Positions 51,375 to 64,000 of a stretch of DNA of 64,000 nt are shown in pieces. This stretch comes from Marsupella aquatica (Eukaryota > Plantae > Marchantiophyta), in NCBI GenBank assembly GCA_973895155.1, contig OZ316892.1, positions 16,854,357-16,918,356 on the forward strand. The letters are read 5' to 3'. Position numbers and translations under genes: made by a program. Position 1 is the first letter of the stretch. Each line of letters begins with the position of its first letter. The notes under the pieces were generated by a model, which was not told the DNA's origin, did no database searches, and saw nothing but the letters and a program-made list of their open reading frames with translations.

Positions 51375-53079
51375 CTCAAGTGAATCAAACAAATCTTGTT
51401 TGCTGTGTGGTTGAATACCCCAACTGCAATTTTGTGTTATATGAGAAGGAGTTATAAATTTTTGAAGTTTGCTCAATGTTTGAGTAGTATATGGAAGGAG
51501 TTGTAAGTTTCTGAAGTTTTCTCAATGTTTGAGTAGTAAATTTTGTAAACTGTAATTAAATATTGTGCATATTTTTTAATTTTGACTAGAATTGTCCATT
51601 CTATTTTTTTAACTTAAATGTATGTGACACTATTTGACTTGTGACCAGAATTAGTGTCATACTATATTAGTGTCACGCACCCTAATTACCGTCACTCACC
51701 TCAAATATAACCTCACATTAATTAGAGTGTGTGAGATTAAATACTATAAAGAGTGTAGTTTGACCTAATCATTAGACTATAGAAAGTAAGTGATGTCACT
51801 TAATTACATTGTTCACCTCAATTAGTGGTGCCCAGACTAATTTTAGTGAAGCAAATCTTGGGCCCCCTGACCAGACTACTTTGGGGCTTTGGTTCAACCC
51901 TCTCTCTCTCTCCTGGTCTGGGTTCCTCTCGGATCCCCTTTTGGCTACCCTACAGAGGTGCATGCTCCCAAGTTGATTGTCTATCCTCTATTGGATGGGT
52001 CAACTTTCGGTTTCAAGCAAAAATAAATAAATCTATGCTGAACTTTAGGGCCATGAGTTGAAGTACTGGACGAGCCCTAATCCCGCAGGGTAAAGAACCC
52101 GGTAACCCTCACTTGAAGATTTCTCCAATCACTCTGCCAAACAGATTGCTGCCTCTGCACATTTTACATGGTAATTTCAGATAGAGCTGCATGTGTTGGG
52201 TTCTATATTTTTTATGAAAGTGCTCCTTCAAGTCCCTACCCTAGTACTGTAGTAACTTGATTTGTAGCCCTTACCCCTAAATTAATCCGTGGACCCTCCA
52301 TGTTATTTTAGAGGCAGTTATCTAGAAACTGAAGCCTAGATGGACCTCCAAATCTAAAGAAAAAAATTCAAAAATGGACAAGTCAAAGCTACAACATTGG
52401 AAATTTATAATCTCCTCATAACTCAACTAAATATATCAATGTTAAGTTCATTAAAAGCTAAAGAAATGCTAAAATTCATAATATCCTTAGTACTTGATAA
52501 AATCTGTCAATTTTAGGTTCATTGAGGGGTTGGACAACAAAGATTTCTATTCACGTTAGAGATTATGAAATCATGGGTAAAATCTATTTTTTAAATTACT
52601 TACTCAATTCTTACCTAATGGTGACAATGCTAAGCTCATCAGGACCGTCTCTTCAAGGTCTTTCCAATGCCATATTATATGTGAGTTTTCATTATGATTT
52701 GACTCAACAATGTCAAATCAAAAATTGCTACCGAGAAAATTTTATGTTTTGAATAAAATCAAAATGTAAATAAAATCGTTACTGGGAGCAGTTTTACCTC
52801 AATCTTTTTATCTTTTGGTTTGCATGTCAATTTTTTTTACATTCTTTTTTATGGCATGACGTCCCAATTTTTACAACAGAGTTGCCACAAACACGAATGC
52901 AAAAATTAATTTTATCCAAAAACAAGTCTCTTCCTGTTTGCAGTGTGCAATGATGATGTGGCACATGTGGAGCCAGGAATTTTGGAAAGGACCCCTAATG
53001 GGTGTCCGTAAAAATTAATTTAATGTTATTTCAAGTTGCACAAATCCTGAGGTAAGATTTCTCCTACCATCCATGATGA

Positions 53080-53467
53080 CTGTCTGGATTTATCTGGTGA
53101 CTAGACGTCCTAGATCAAACTCTTTGTTCCAGTCTGTCTGAGGGTCAGGTGCCTGATAAGGTCAGGTCCTACTTGTTGGAGATAATCCCTATCCCGAGAC
53201 ACCATGCACATGAGAACACCATACAAAATAGTCGACACAGCGAGTACGTGGTTCACCTCATGACCAAGGCTACGTCCACGGGAAAGCAAGAGACCTTTAC
53301 TTCTCTCTTGCTCAACTCCAACAATGAACTGAAGATCCACCAGGGACTGGCACCAGCCCTGGCTATATACACAACAGCACTACCGCTAACCTTAGCTAAG
53401 TCCTAACTTGCGTTAGACTAACTACGGTTAGCTATAGAGTCACAAGACTAAGAGCAATACCTAACAC
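53080..53467. mobile_element. LTR-like segment
   Basis: Ends in ...CCTAACA and has a CTATATA box. No TSD identified. Confidence 0.3.
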
Positions 53468-54615
53468 TGCTCCCTTTGATTGTCATCCATGTGGGGTGAG
53501 CCTTGGGAGCTTGCAAACCCTCTCTGAGTTGTTTCTCACTTGTTTAAAAATTATCTTTCAATGTAAACTTGTTGATCATAAAAATGGTTGAATAAAAACC
53601 CTTGCTCCCCATCTGGTGCATGCCTTCCCCTCCTTGTACACACATACATTATGCCAAGTACCCGCCCTTGTCACCCTGGTTCTCTTAGAAACCCAGGGCC
53701 ATCTCCAATATATCACTGGTGACTATGGTACAGTATAGTTCATTTATAACTTCACTCTTAGGTGTTCTTCTTATTTTGGTGGCAGGTTGTACCATGTTAA
53801 TCCTTCTACTTTACTTCAACCCTGATTTTTAAACATTGGGGGATTATTGGACTCTTCTAGCAACCACATATACAAAACTTATCTTTTAAAATTGTTGTCC
53901 TTTCAAAGCTAGGCCAATAACAACCTTGTTACATTATTGTAGTCACTTACATGTTTTGATACATTGTTGCTACAATATTTTACATGGTGACAACTTTGTG
54001 TGCTTCCTACCAACTTTAGAAAATGGTAGACTACATGGGAGGCTTCATCCATGTAAAATATTCCAAAATATGACCTCTGTAAACCAATAACTACCAATGT
54101 GACAAGTTTTCCCCCTCTGTTTTGGGTCTACTGGGGTTTGGGACCATGTGGGATCATGTCTCTGGTTATGACACTTTTTGTTTTTGGCACTTTGATATAT
54201 ATATGTATATTTATTATCAGGTTTACAAGTTTTGAGTACTTTATATGCATCCCGTGTGCAAGATACGTGTAGTGAGAGAGGCACTAACTATAGAAAAACC
54301 ATGAGGCAGAACATGTGGTCCTACACAAATGTATCAAACAAAGACAGTGATGCAAACTAGGCAAATTATTCGCATGAGGATCTTCCATCAGAAATTCTAA
54401 AGGCCATGCAGTAAAATCAGAGTATGGGGTCCCAGAATGCTTCAAATCAACCGAACCCATGCACACCAATGAATTCAAAGGGAATTGGAGGAATTTATTG
54501 AAAGGAAAATTGGTAGATTACCTCTGGAAACTACCAGAATATATAAATACTTTAAAATTTACGCGTAAATATCTGGCTCTACTTCAATTCCAAGGATACT
54601 AGAGAGGTTGACTTA

Positions 54616-54953
54616 GGTCCAACTCACATGTTTTGGGTCCTTCACAGTGTGACCCTAAACGTCTGTCAGCAGATAACCTCACTAGAAGTACCTGGCTGAA
54701 CCTCCTCATGTGCAAGACCTGTCCATCAATGCATTTCCAAAGGCAAGTGCTGGAAGCTTTCCAGCCCTTGCAGGTCCAGACCTTTTCCTTGTGAAAAACA
54801 CCAAAAAAAATGTGCACTTGTTACAAACTGTGTAGTCGAAGTAGTAAACCAGATTTGTGTCAAATTATGTTATCAAGTAAGTGCTATTTTTCCCAAAAGT
54901 ATCGGGACTGCAAAGGGCCTCATGCTTGAGGGTTCTCACATGCAAGTTGGCTA
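54616..54953. mobile_element. Degenerate Tourist-like MITE related to 42376-42707
   Basis: TTA|GGTCCAACTCACATG ... CATGCAAGTTGGCT, similar length (~338 bp). Confidence 0.6.
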
Positions 54954-56399
54954 CTAGTGTTTTTAAGATACAATGTGATCTGACCAAATTAAGATAGTCT
55001 ATTTTATAAAATGACATTGATCTGGTACAAAAATTGTACATTTGGTTGAGATTGGAAATCTAGTAGCCGGGATTCCTCCCACTTGATACTCTTTGTGTCA
55101 AGAAATATTCTATCCATTTGTCTGACATGATATAAGTATAAGTTGCTTACAAACACAGGGGCTCTCAACATCAACCTCTTCTAAAATTTAAAGTTTTTCA
55201 CTTCTTGCTGTTATGGCATGTACAATTGTGCTCTCAAGTGGTCTAATCAGCCAATAAAGAGGACTTGGATCTCAGCTGCGCGCTACAGTTGCATGTTTGG
55301 GATGATATTTGTGAGCTGCAATGCGATCTACTTAGTTTGAAACCTGGCAGTTAGTTTGAAACCTGGCAGTTAGTTTGCACTATCTCTTAATTGACTAATG
55401 ATATCTTGACCATAGCAAGGACCACGTGTATGAGGAAAAAACCTTTCAAAAGCAATTTCCAAAAAAAAATTAAGTGCCATTTCTTCACTTTGCTCTTTGT
55501 AAGTGTTTACAAATTGTTGGCTCTCATTGAAATCAACCCTCCAGTTGTGAATCTTCCTTAGTTTGTATTTTAATTTAAAGGTTATGGGCCATACACCAGT
55601 CATAACCCCCCGCCCACCCACACCAGCCTGGCTGGTGGATTCCCACATTCAAATCCTGTTATTGAGGGTCAAGGCTCCTCCCAAGGACAGTTTCTGCAAT
55701 ATTCCCTAGACTAGTTTGAGTTGCTAAGCCATCCCCTCTTCAACTGACGGGTAACCCACTTTGGCAAGAACTCCCTCCAATTGGAGCCCGTAACCTCCTC
55801 AAGGCAATGGGTTACCCTACAAATCAGGTGAGTTATCTTTATTGAGCCCCACTATGCAAAACCTGAGTCAACCTCCAGGAAATGATGTCATGTAGTGTTC
55901 TTTAAAAACATGCGCCATGAATGTTATGATATATGGAAAGTTATTTTCTTTCAATGTTGGAGGGGACCAAATAGGTAGTCCAACATCCAAAGCCCACCCA
56001 AAGGCTGCTCCCAATAACCACAGGTAAAACTATAAATGTTACTGGCATCTTCAAGGGCCCAGCCAACACTGATGTTGGGCAGTGATCAGTGAAATGTGGC
56101 CCTGGTGGTTGCAAGTATTTAGTTCCACGTGGCCATTGTGGTCAACCTGACCCTATCCCCTAGTCTAGTGGTAAGTTCATGCTAATGCATGTATAGTAAC
56201 ACTCAATTTCGGACAGTGCAAACCAGTAGAGAGATTTTACCTTTGGTTTGGCCATCACCCATCCTACCTTGTTTGCATGGTTCTCCCATTGCTATGTTTT
56301 TACTATTGCTCTCTTATTTTGATGCCACTCTGATGGGGATTCTTAGCCATCTTATTGTCCTTCAAGCCCTAGTTGGAGAGGTGGGGGGAGGGGGGGGGG

Positions 56400-57530
56400 G
56401 GTGCGGCATATAAGTGTGTTTGGCAGTGGCTACTGCTCCTTGTGATTTCCTTGGCAGTTGGGCACAGGTGGCACCTGCCTTGGATTCCCATTTAATTCTG
56501 GACCTTTGGCCTACCTTCCCTATCCTCTCTAACTATGTCATGGGAGTGAGAACACTGCCTTCCCATTTTAGGCCCAACTTTGACATGCCCGGTCCCTGTA
56601 AGTTGCCCTAAAATGTGTGGAGCATGGTTCTTGCTTTTGAGGGGGTTGTGTTGGACTGGCCAAATCAAGTTCAGCAGGTGATTTTTGACCACATTATTTT
56701 GCAAAATACTCTTTCTAGCATGCTTTCTGAGGCACCTTTGGACTTCATTTTGCACATCTTCTATGCAATTTGGGTGCTAGTTTAGGAGCATAGCTTTTAA
56801 CTCACTCATTGTGGGCCCCTTTTTGTATGAGGTCTTCCATTTTCACCACATTATCCACGCTCCTCCGCTTTGGTCTTCCTCTCCCATGCCTCCTGGGTCA
56901 ACCCACAAATTTTGGGGGGCATCCCTAGACAGAGGGCATTCCTATTCTTAGGTGTGGTCATGGTAGTGAGCGGACGGTCACACATGATGATATACGGGAT
57001 GTGATGGCCAGTGTCCATTGCCATGACTTGATTGTGTCATTATGGATCAACAACATGTCTTGGCCCCCTAGGATGGGGTTCCTGATCGACACCATGGTGA
57101 TTTGGTCTTCTCTTGAGCTGGGGTTTGAGCCCTTGGGGACGTGGCATTGCTGACCCTACTAGTGGGACCAGTGTTGCAATGGAGGCCCATGAACTGGACC
57201 ATGCTGTTGTGCAGGCTGCTTGACTTAAAGAGGAGGCTTAATATGTTGTTCATTACCTCAAGGATAGATCTATTCTACCTGTTTTGTGTGGAGAGTTTTG
57301 GTCCTCTACATCCAACCTTTGACGGTTTCTTACAATCCTGCACATTTCATTAATATATAGGTGGGAGCCCCTTCCCCTGTGTCTATTATCACAGCCTTCT
57401 TTAGACAATGGGTGTCTATTGCTCTCTAGAGAGATCAGACATTCACTATTCTTTAATTTGTAGGGGTGAGGCGGCTGGTTTTAGGGCCTCTAATTGGGTC
57501 CCTTTGCTTGGCCCTCCTAACCAGTTCACA
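56400..57530 (+). mobile_element. Second decayed RLE-type non-LTR retrotransposon 3' part
   Basis: LRCGHGSERTVTHDDIRD, GDV.IADPT, LKEE, CVESFGPLH, FFRQWVSIAL. DNA similarity to 42200-42310 (ggatggggttcctgat, cttgggga..cattgctgaccctact). Confidence 0.7.
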
Positions 57531-59504
57531 CTGGAATTCTACTAAACTCTTCAGTTTGCCGATTGGTAGGTTTAAGGCCTTTTCATCTTGGCTTTTGTTA
57601 GGCTGGGGTTTGGCTGGGGTCTTTTGGCCTTTTGGCTCTTTCGTTGCCTCACCTTGATTGGGTCTCTTGTCTGTAGGACTGTGTCTCTTGGTTTAGCATT
57701 GGTTTTTTTTTGGCAGTTTGGTGTATATTGGGTGTATGGTAGCAATAAACTTTCAGTGATTTTAAACTTCATTTTCCTAGTTTCCATTTTTGTTGTCAAC
57801 AACATTCGGGTGGTTGTTTTGGGCGATAATTGGAAAAAAATTGGGGTCCCATAGATGGCAACCTAAGCCCCACCAAGTAGACCCTGGCCCCTAATAGATG
57901 CAATGTGTCAGCACCAAGTGGCAAACCCATAATTTAACTAAGTTGACATGGGCAAGTTTTCATCTGAACTTCCTTCTTTTCCTTGTTAAACGCCAGGCAC
58001 ATTTCAGGAAGTTGAAGACCAAGCTGACCTCAACTATATCTCTTATGGTTGGTTGGACTGATGAAATCTTGATGGACCATTCTTAATCATCTAATTTCCC
58101 CCATAAAATGATTCAGCTAGCTCTAAACTACCTGTACATTGCCACTTAAGATGTTCCAATTTACAAGAATGTCATTGTTTTTGTTATATTAATTTGCAAA
58201 TATGCCACTATTTTGTATATATGGTAATCCTGGTTACATTGGTGAATTTTGTCATCCATATACAAAACCGTGGTATAATTGTAATACAAAATAAATTTTG
58301 GATGTATTATCAAATGGAACAACTTTAGTGACAATGTAGTTAAAATTTGTAAAATGTTTTACACTTCTATCACAAAATGATGTCTTTATTAATGGGGATG
58401 AGGCCTCTTACACTAAGGTTTCCAATTCTTTTACCCATCACTTACTGATTGCAACTGGTCCTTTGTTGTCTCGCAATTTGTCTCTTATGTCCATGAATCC
58501 ACAGTTAACATATTAAGGTTCCAACCTTCAATGTCTGGCTATGCAATTGGTCAGAAACATTTGAATAACTCACTCATCTCTTGATGAAAACTTTCATGCT
58601 GAGAATAATTAGCAGGGTCCTCAAAAGAGAATTCCGATGAGAAACATCACCAGATTGTGTCAAGAACTAAGGACATGATGAATTAATGTATTTATCTTTT
58701 GTTCCCTGAAAATCTAGTCATGTCATTGGCAAGAAACAATTTCATTATTTTCTCCCTCATCTTTAATGGGTTGAGGATAATTTGAGGATGGTGTTGATCT
58801 TTTGATGATGAAAACTGACAGGATATTGACCATTGTTTCATTCCACGCTAACAAGTTACTTGATAGTCCAACGGTGGAAAAAGGTGGTAACCTAATACTT
58901 AACTAAAACAAGTCTCAAACTATATGATTTGACTCTTTTTTGATTAAGTTTTAGAATTTTAAGTTTTAAAACTCACAAGCTTAGGAATGTTTTTGAAAAT
59001 GCTTTCTAGAGAGCACAACATACTCAGATTTAGTCAAGTGCTGAGGAGGATTGAGACCACCTTCTTCTGTCTAGTGGGGAAAAATGCTAGATCCACCCCT
59101 CTAAAAAGTCTTCGTCTCTTTTTGACAAGTTAGGTTTTATATCCTCCATATTAGCTAATTTTCACCTAGCCACAGACCCCATCGCCCAGAATCTAATGGT
59201 CATCCTTAAATCTTGTGACATCTGATGGTCAGGAATTAATCCAGTCAAATTAATTAGTTAATCTTCCTACCATCTTCTTATTCACACAAGGACACATTTG
59301 TCACCCTGAAAAAACCCTCAAAGTTCACCGGTGGTGGTCACTACAGTGAACTCTCCCTAAGTGCACTCTCTGGAGAAGATGGATCTGGCGTGCAATAATC
59401 TAGGTGTTGCATGCCTTGATAAGCGCACATCCGGTAACAAGTGCTCTAATAGATAAGTGTGCTTCATTTAGATTCCTTTGTTAAATGTGTATGCGCAATG
59501 GACA

Positions 59505-59605
59505 CCTCTGTCAATGATTAGTCAGCCTCATACCTAGTATACCTGCCCTAATTACCCCTCTGTCACTGATTAGTCAGCCTCATACCTAGTATACCTGTCC
59601 TAATT
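59505..59605. repeat. Direct repeat, 52-bp period
   Basis: cctctgtca(a/c)tgattagtcagcctcatacctagtatacctg occurs twice. Confidence 0.9.
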
Positions 59606-60445
59606 CTGTGCCCACGCTCCTTAAGTGCATTCTATACTCTACTAAGAATGGGCAAGCATTTATTGGTAACTGAGATTTCAGGAGTTTATGCAATTACATA
59701 TGCTTGCATACAAACACTTATCTTGGTAAACGTGAGAGATATACTTAGTGGAGCTCCAAATGCAACTTTCTCTCTTAATGGACCAAAAGTTTCCCACGCC
59801 CTCCCAATGGACCCCAAAGTTTAGATTCTCTCCCAATGGACCTCCGGGCCCACTCCGTACAGGCATGTTCTTATGAAACAGCTTACCACACAGTTCGAGT
59901 CCACTGCGTACCTTCTGGAAACCGTGGTTGGTCATGTGTAGTCGGCCGTCAATAACGTCGCAGTCCACAAGCGTTGTAGCCCTGGCGGCAATCGAGCTCC
60001 GCTCAGCACCATGGCAGTTTTTGTGAATACAGTATGACTATTGTATTCAAAACAATAATTGAACGAGTTTGCGGTGGCATTGGAGCCTTCGTGCCCGGCC
60101 TCACAAGATTTCAGAATACATTGTCACTTTAGTGTTCAAGATACAAAGGAAATAGTTATTGGAGCTTGCAACAGCCGGCAAGCCATACCTCCCCGAACCT
60201 CCTTGCTTTTATGAAGACATTGTCCATAATGTGTACAAATCTTAAAGGAATAATTTTCAAAATTCAAATGTGCCCGCCCTTTATGGAACCCTTTCGGAAC
60301 CTGTTTTGTTGTCATTTGGTTTGTTTCTCGACATTTTCTCGCATTTTCTCGTGTTGCTGGTTCCGGCTCGTGTTGCTGGTTCTTGTTGTTCCTGTTGTTC
60401 CTGCTCGTGTTCTTGCTCGTGTTCCTACTATGTCGACCCTTGAGG

Positions 60446-60982
60446 ATGTGTGCAATGAAGGAGCGGCCAGACAACATCATTGGGCCAATCCCGGTATATG
60501 TTTGTAATTTTCACTCTGATTTCCCATGGCCCAGAAAGTTCACTTACAGAGGTTGCAGGCATGGCATTGGCGGTGGTTTGGTTTGTGGGAAGTCCATTGA
60601 GGCAGCGGAGCAATGCAAGCACGACCCACTGGTAGACGGTAACAATTGTCATTTGTATAGGTTCGATATTTGCATGGTGGATGCATATGAGAACATTGGG
60701 CCATTCAAGGCCACTATCTTTCAAGCTGCACGAGAGCTTGTGGACATGACTGCTGACGAATTTGCAGAGTATGGTACCATTCGCTAGCTTGAAACAATGC
60801 ACCAGCAAATTTCTCAGATCCCATATTGTCTAGTGTGGATTAAGGCAGGACGACACTCTACTGTTGTGAATAAACTTGTTGTTGAGATGTGGCGATGCCC
60901 TCCTAGTCGTGCCCCTGTGAGAACAAGAGTTGAGAAAGTGATCAGCAGAAGCAACCTTGTGGATGCTGATGTCCTTATGTAG
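60446..60982 (+). pseudogene. Stand-alone RPA70 C-terminal OB/Zn-fold-like gene with one in-frame TAG (60785)
   Basis: FTYRGC..VCGKSI..CKH..LYRFDICMVD..FKATIFQAARELVDMTADEF. The frame continues 65 codons past the stop. Confidence 0.7.
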
Positions 60983-62141
60983 CAGTTGGAGGTGACTGCA
61001 ACAATGATTTCAAAGTTTTGTTTGTCCACCATCGAATCCGCCGAAGACTCGAAAGGCAAATGATAGGGATGTTGTGTCATGCAGAATACATTTTGGTTGT
61101 TGTATTCTTGTTATTTCTTGAAGAGATTGGTGGTTTGGTAAAATGATTTAGTGTCATTTAGCATTCTCCGTAGCTTCAATGATGAACAATTCGCATTTCA
61201 GATGAGTATTGGGGGAGCCCTTCAGTTGCATAATTTTGAAAACCTGTATTGTGTAATGGGTATTTTCTCTTGCGTTATGAATAGAATACAACATTGTTTA
61301 TGTATTCTCTGATCTATCTGTTATGTAACACGTTGCAACATTCTTTTGTATGTTGAGAATACAACACAGAATACTACATGGTGTATGTATTCTTTGAATT
61401 CTATTTCATGTAACACGTCTAGGTTGCGCCTGCTTTGCTACTTCATTGCTAGGGTTTAGGGTGCACGATCAGTTGCGCGTATGCCTTATCTTTGGTGAGG
61501 GTTTAGGATTTTAGAGAGATGGCGGCCGATGAGCGAGGAGGATTGTTTTAGGGAGGGATTCCACTATTGGAGCTTGCAAATCGATCGATCGAAGGCCTGA
61601 TGTGCTGGTGAAGGGGGATTACGCGCGATTGGGAGCGATTGGGAGCGATTGATTTAGGGAGCTGGTCATGGGGGACTGCGCGCGATTGGGAGTGAGTGAG
61701 TATAGAGCAATTCAGGGAGCTGGTGCTGGTGAAGGGGGATTGTGAAATCACTTGGGATTGCCTGTCGGGTGATTGGAGTGACTGTCGAGAGAAATTCAGG
61801 GAGATCAACGAGTGAACGTTGGGCAGGTTGGTTGGGTTTTGAACCCAACCAAGGTAGTCATGGTGCCCCATGCCAAGAAACTAACATTGGCAAAGGAGGG
61901 ATAGCATTTTTGATACCGTGTAGGCGAGCAGGGGAACCATGTATTCAAGTGTATATGCGCCGGTCATGCTCCTCGCGGTTTCTCTTCGTTCAAGTCGTTT
62001 CAGACTCACTTGAGCACCAAGCATGGCCAAAAACTCCCTGTTGATTTGTTGGAGCCAGGCCTGACTTGGTTGAGTTCAAAACTCAACACCTCTCGTCCCG
62101 CCAAGAAACCACGGAAATGCAGCAGCAGCAGTGGTAAGAAG

Positions 62142-63984
62142 ATGGAAGGTGCGTCATGGATTCGATTGCGGTCGACTGCCAAGCTAAGATGGCAAATGAC
62201 GAAGCAGCGCAAAAAGAATCAACTGAAGGTGGACTATTGTGTTTCAGTTTTGGGGAAGAAGGAGCCATCGGTTCCATTGAAATCGGTGCTTGTTCGTCTC
62301 ATTAAGGTCTACCACATTCGTCCGAAGGAGAAGAGTGGCTGGGGCTGCTTGGTAAATGATAGTTTCTTTGAGATGTTACAGGAGCATGTCAACTCTGCTC
62401 CTATCACCAATGTTGTGTATCACTGGGCCGAGCATGTGCAGCAATTGCCTGCTCATTTGCCTGTGGATCAAAAGTTGCATGCTTTGCAGGTTGATTGTCG
62501 ACTATTACAGGTACTTTTTCCGCTGAGAGATGTCCCTGCCCAGTCTGTCCAACCTTCAGCAGGTGAGGAGAGTAGAGAACTCATTGTTGCAGACGCCTTG
62601 GAGTTTTTGAGGAAGAAAAGGGAAAGTCTGTTGTGGAAAGTCGGAGCAAAAGAAATCGATTTTGACCATGCCTATCCAGACTATGTGAAGTGGAAAAAGG
62701 AGCAGAAGCATCTATCAATTGCCACAGCCGGTCGGAATTGTGTGAAAGATTACACAGGTGATGGCATGTCACAAGAAGAAGCAGAGGCAGCGGTACGTAA
62801 CACAATCATTTTACTTGCCTTTGCATTGTTGTGTATAGTTTGCGCACAATGTTTACACCAGTTTTCATATTGCAGGCTGGAGTTCACGAAGTGTGGGTTG
62901 ATACCTCAGATGAGGAGGGGTACGAGCCCACCCCTGACAAGTGGGGATTAGATTATCATGAGTCCTCTGATGAAGAAGACGCAGCAGAGGTATAGTTCCT
63001 CTTCCCCTTCTGCCAATGATTTTTTCTGAATCTGCAGAGTTTGACAACATTGACCGGAATGTCTACAAAACTTCAGGTTCCTTTGAATGACGAAGCTGAA
63101 GCCAAAGAATCAGGGAAGAAAGGAAAGCCACGCAGGAAGCCAAACAAACCCAAGAAGCAGCCTCCACAGAAAATTACGCCTCCTGTTGACACTCAGGAAG
63201 CCGATGAGGTAAAATTTGCACTTCCAATGTAATTATCCCATTTGTATACCGTGATATCAATGTATGCACGAGTGTATGCACGATGGTTTAGTGCTCTTAG
63301 CCCGAGTATTGCTTTTTCAGGTTCCTCCCAACAAAGGAGCCGAAGCCAACCAATCAAAGCGGAAAACAAAAAGAACCAAGAAATCTGTAGAGCCACCACC
63401 GAACGGCAACACCACCCTTCCCGTAGATTCTCAGCAAGCTGACCAGGTAACGTTTACAAATGAAAGTTCTTTGCAACATGTGTAAACAGTGTGGAGAACG
63501 TTTCCTGTTTTATCAACACTGCAAGTTCAAGAGTAGGACATTATGTTGAATACCATGATGTTAATGTATACTCACTGTTTGAATGTGCCTGTACCCCGAG
63601 TACTGCATTTTAGGTTCCTGAATCCCATGAAGGACCTACACCTGAACAACCTGTAGAGCCACCACCGAACGGCAACACCACCCTTCCCGTAGATTCTCAG
63701 CAAGCTGACCAGGTAATGTTTACAGATGAAAGTTCTTTGCAACATCTGTAAATAGTGTGGAGAACGTTTCCTGTTTTATCAACACTGCAAGTTCAAGAGT
63801 AGGACACCAATGTTATGTTGTATACCATGATGTTAATGTATACTTACTATTTGAATGTGCCTGTACTCCGAGTACTGCATTTTAGGTTCCTGAATCCCAT
63901 GAAGGACCTACACCCGAACAATCTATAGAGCCACCACCGAATGGCAACACCACCCTTCCCGTAGATTCTCAGCAAGCTGACCAG
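62142..63984 (+). CDS. Unknown multi-exon protein with tandemly duplicated exons (partial)
   Basis: Exons 62142-62792, 62876-62989, 63077-63208, 63321-63446, 63614-63712, 63886-63984, all GT-AG phase 0 and open. The gene continues beyond the window and its start is uncertain. Confidence 0.6.
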
Positions 63985-64000
63985 GTAACGTTTACAGATG

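Larger units (their letters stand above)
44985..51755. mobile_element. Non-autonomous TIR element (TA TSD, Tc1/mariner-like) hosting nested LTR elements
   Basis: ~40-bp imperfect TIR CACTCTT..TATAGTATTTA..CTCACACAC..TAATTA at 44985-45022 and 51718-51755. TA on both sides and inverted subterminal GTGACACTAAT motifs. Confidence 0.65.
59750..64000. mobile_element. Probable left arm of a large DNA transposon (MULE-like terminus) with accessory genes, running off the window
   Basis: Triple AATGGACC direct repeat at 59777-59843, typical of Mutator TIR architecture (inference), followed by non-host-like genes. Neither the transposase nor the right TIR is visible. Confidence 0.35.

Overview
Eukaryotic nuclear DNA from a land plant. 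GT-AG introns, plant gene families and the repeat types suggest a non-seed plant such as a bryophyte (inference). Host genes: a 9-exon FREE1/FYVE1 gene, a 3-exon TPK two-pore K+ channel, a 2-exon HPPD-like gene with an altered active-site C-terminus and no in-frame ATG, and an intronless 258-aa orphan ORF. The rest is rich in transposable elements: a full-length PIF/Harbinger element (dead transposase, intact Myb/SANT partner), several MITEs, Helitron-like elements, RLE-type (CRE/NeSL-like) non-LTR remnants, a three-level nest (TIR element > solo LTR > inner TG..CA element), a TRIM-like element, and a probable large DNA-transposon arm at the right end. Most notable: two unrelated mobile elements each carry a stand-alone RPA70 C-terminal OB/Zn-fold ORF, one of them intact inside a 1.93-kb TG..CA element with a perfect 5-bp TSD. 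The HPPD paralog keeps its Fe triad but has changed residues that control product specificity and herbicide binding. All alignments were made by eye, and reference residue numbers are recalled from memory.
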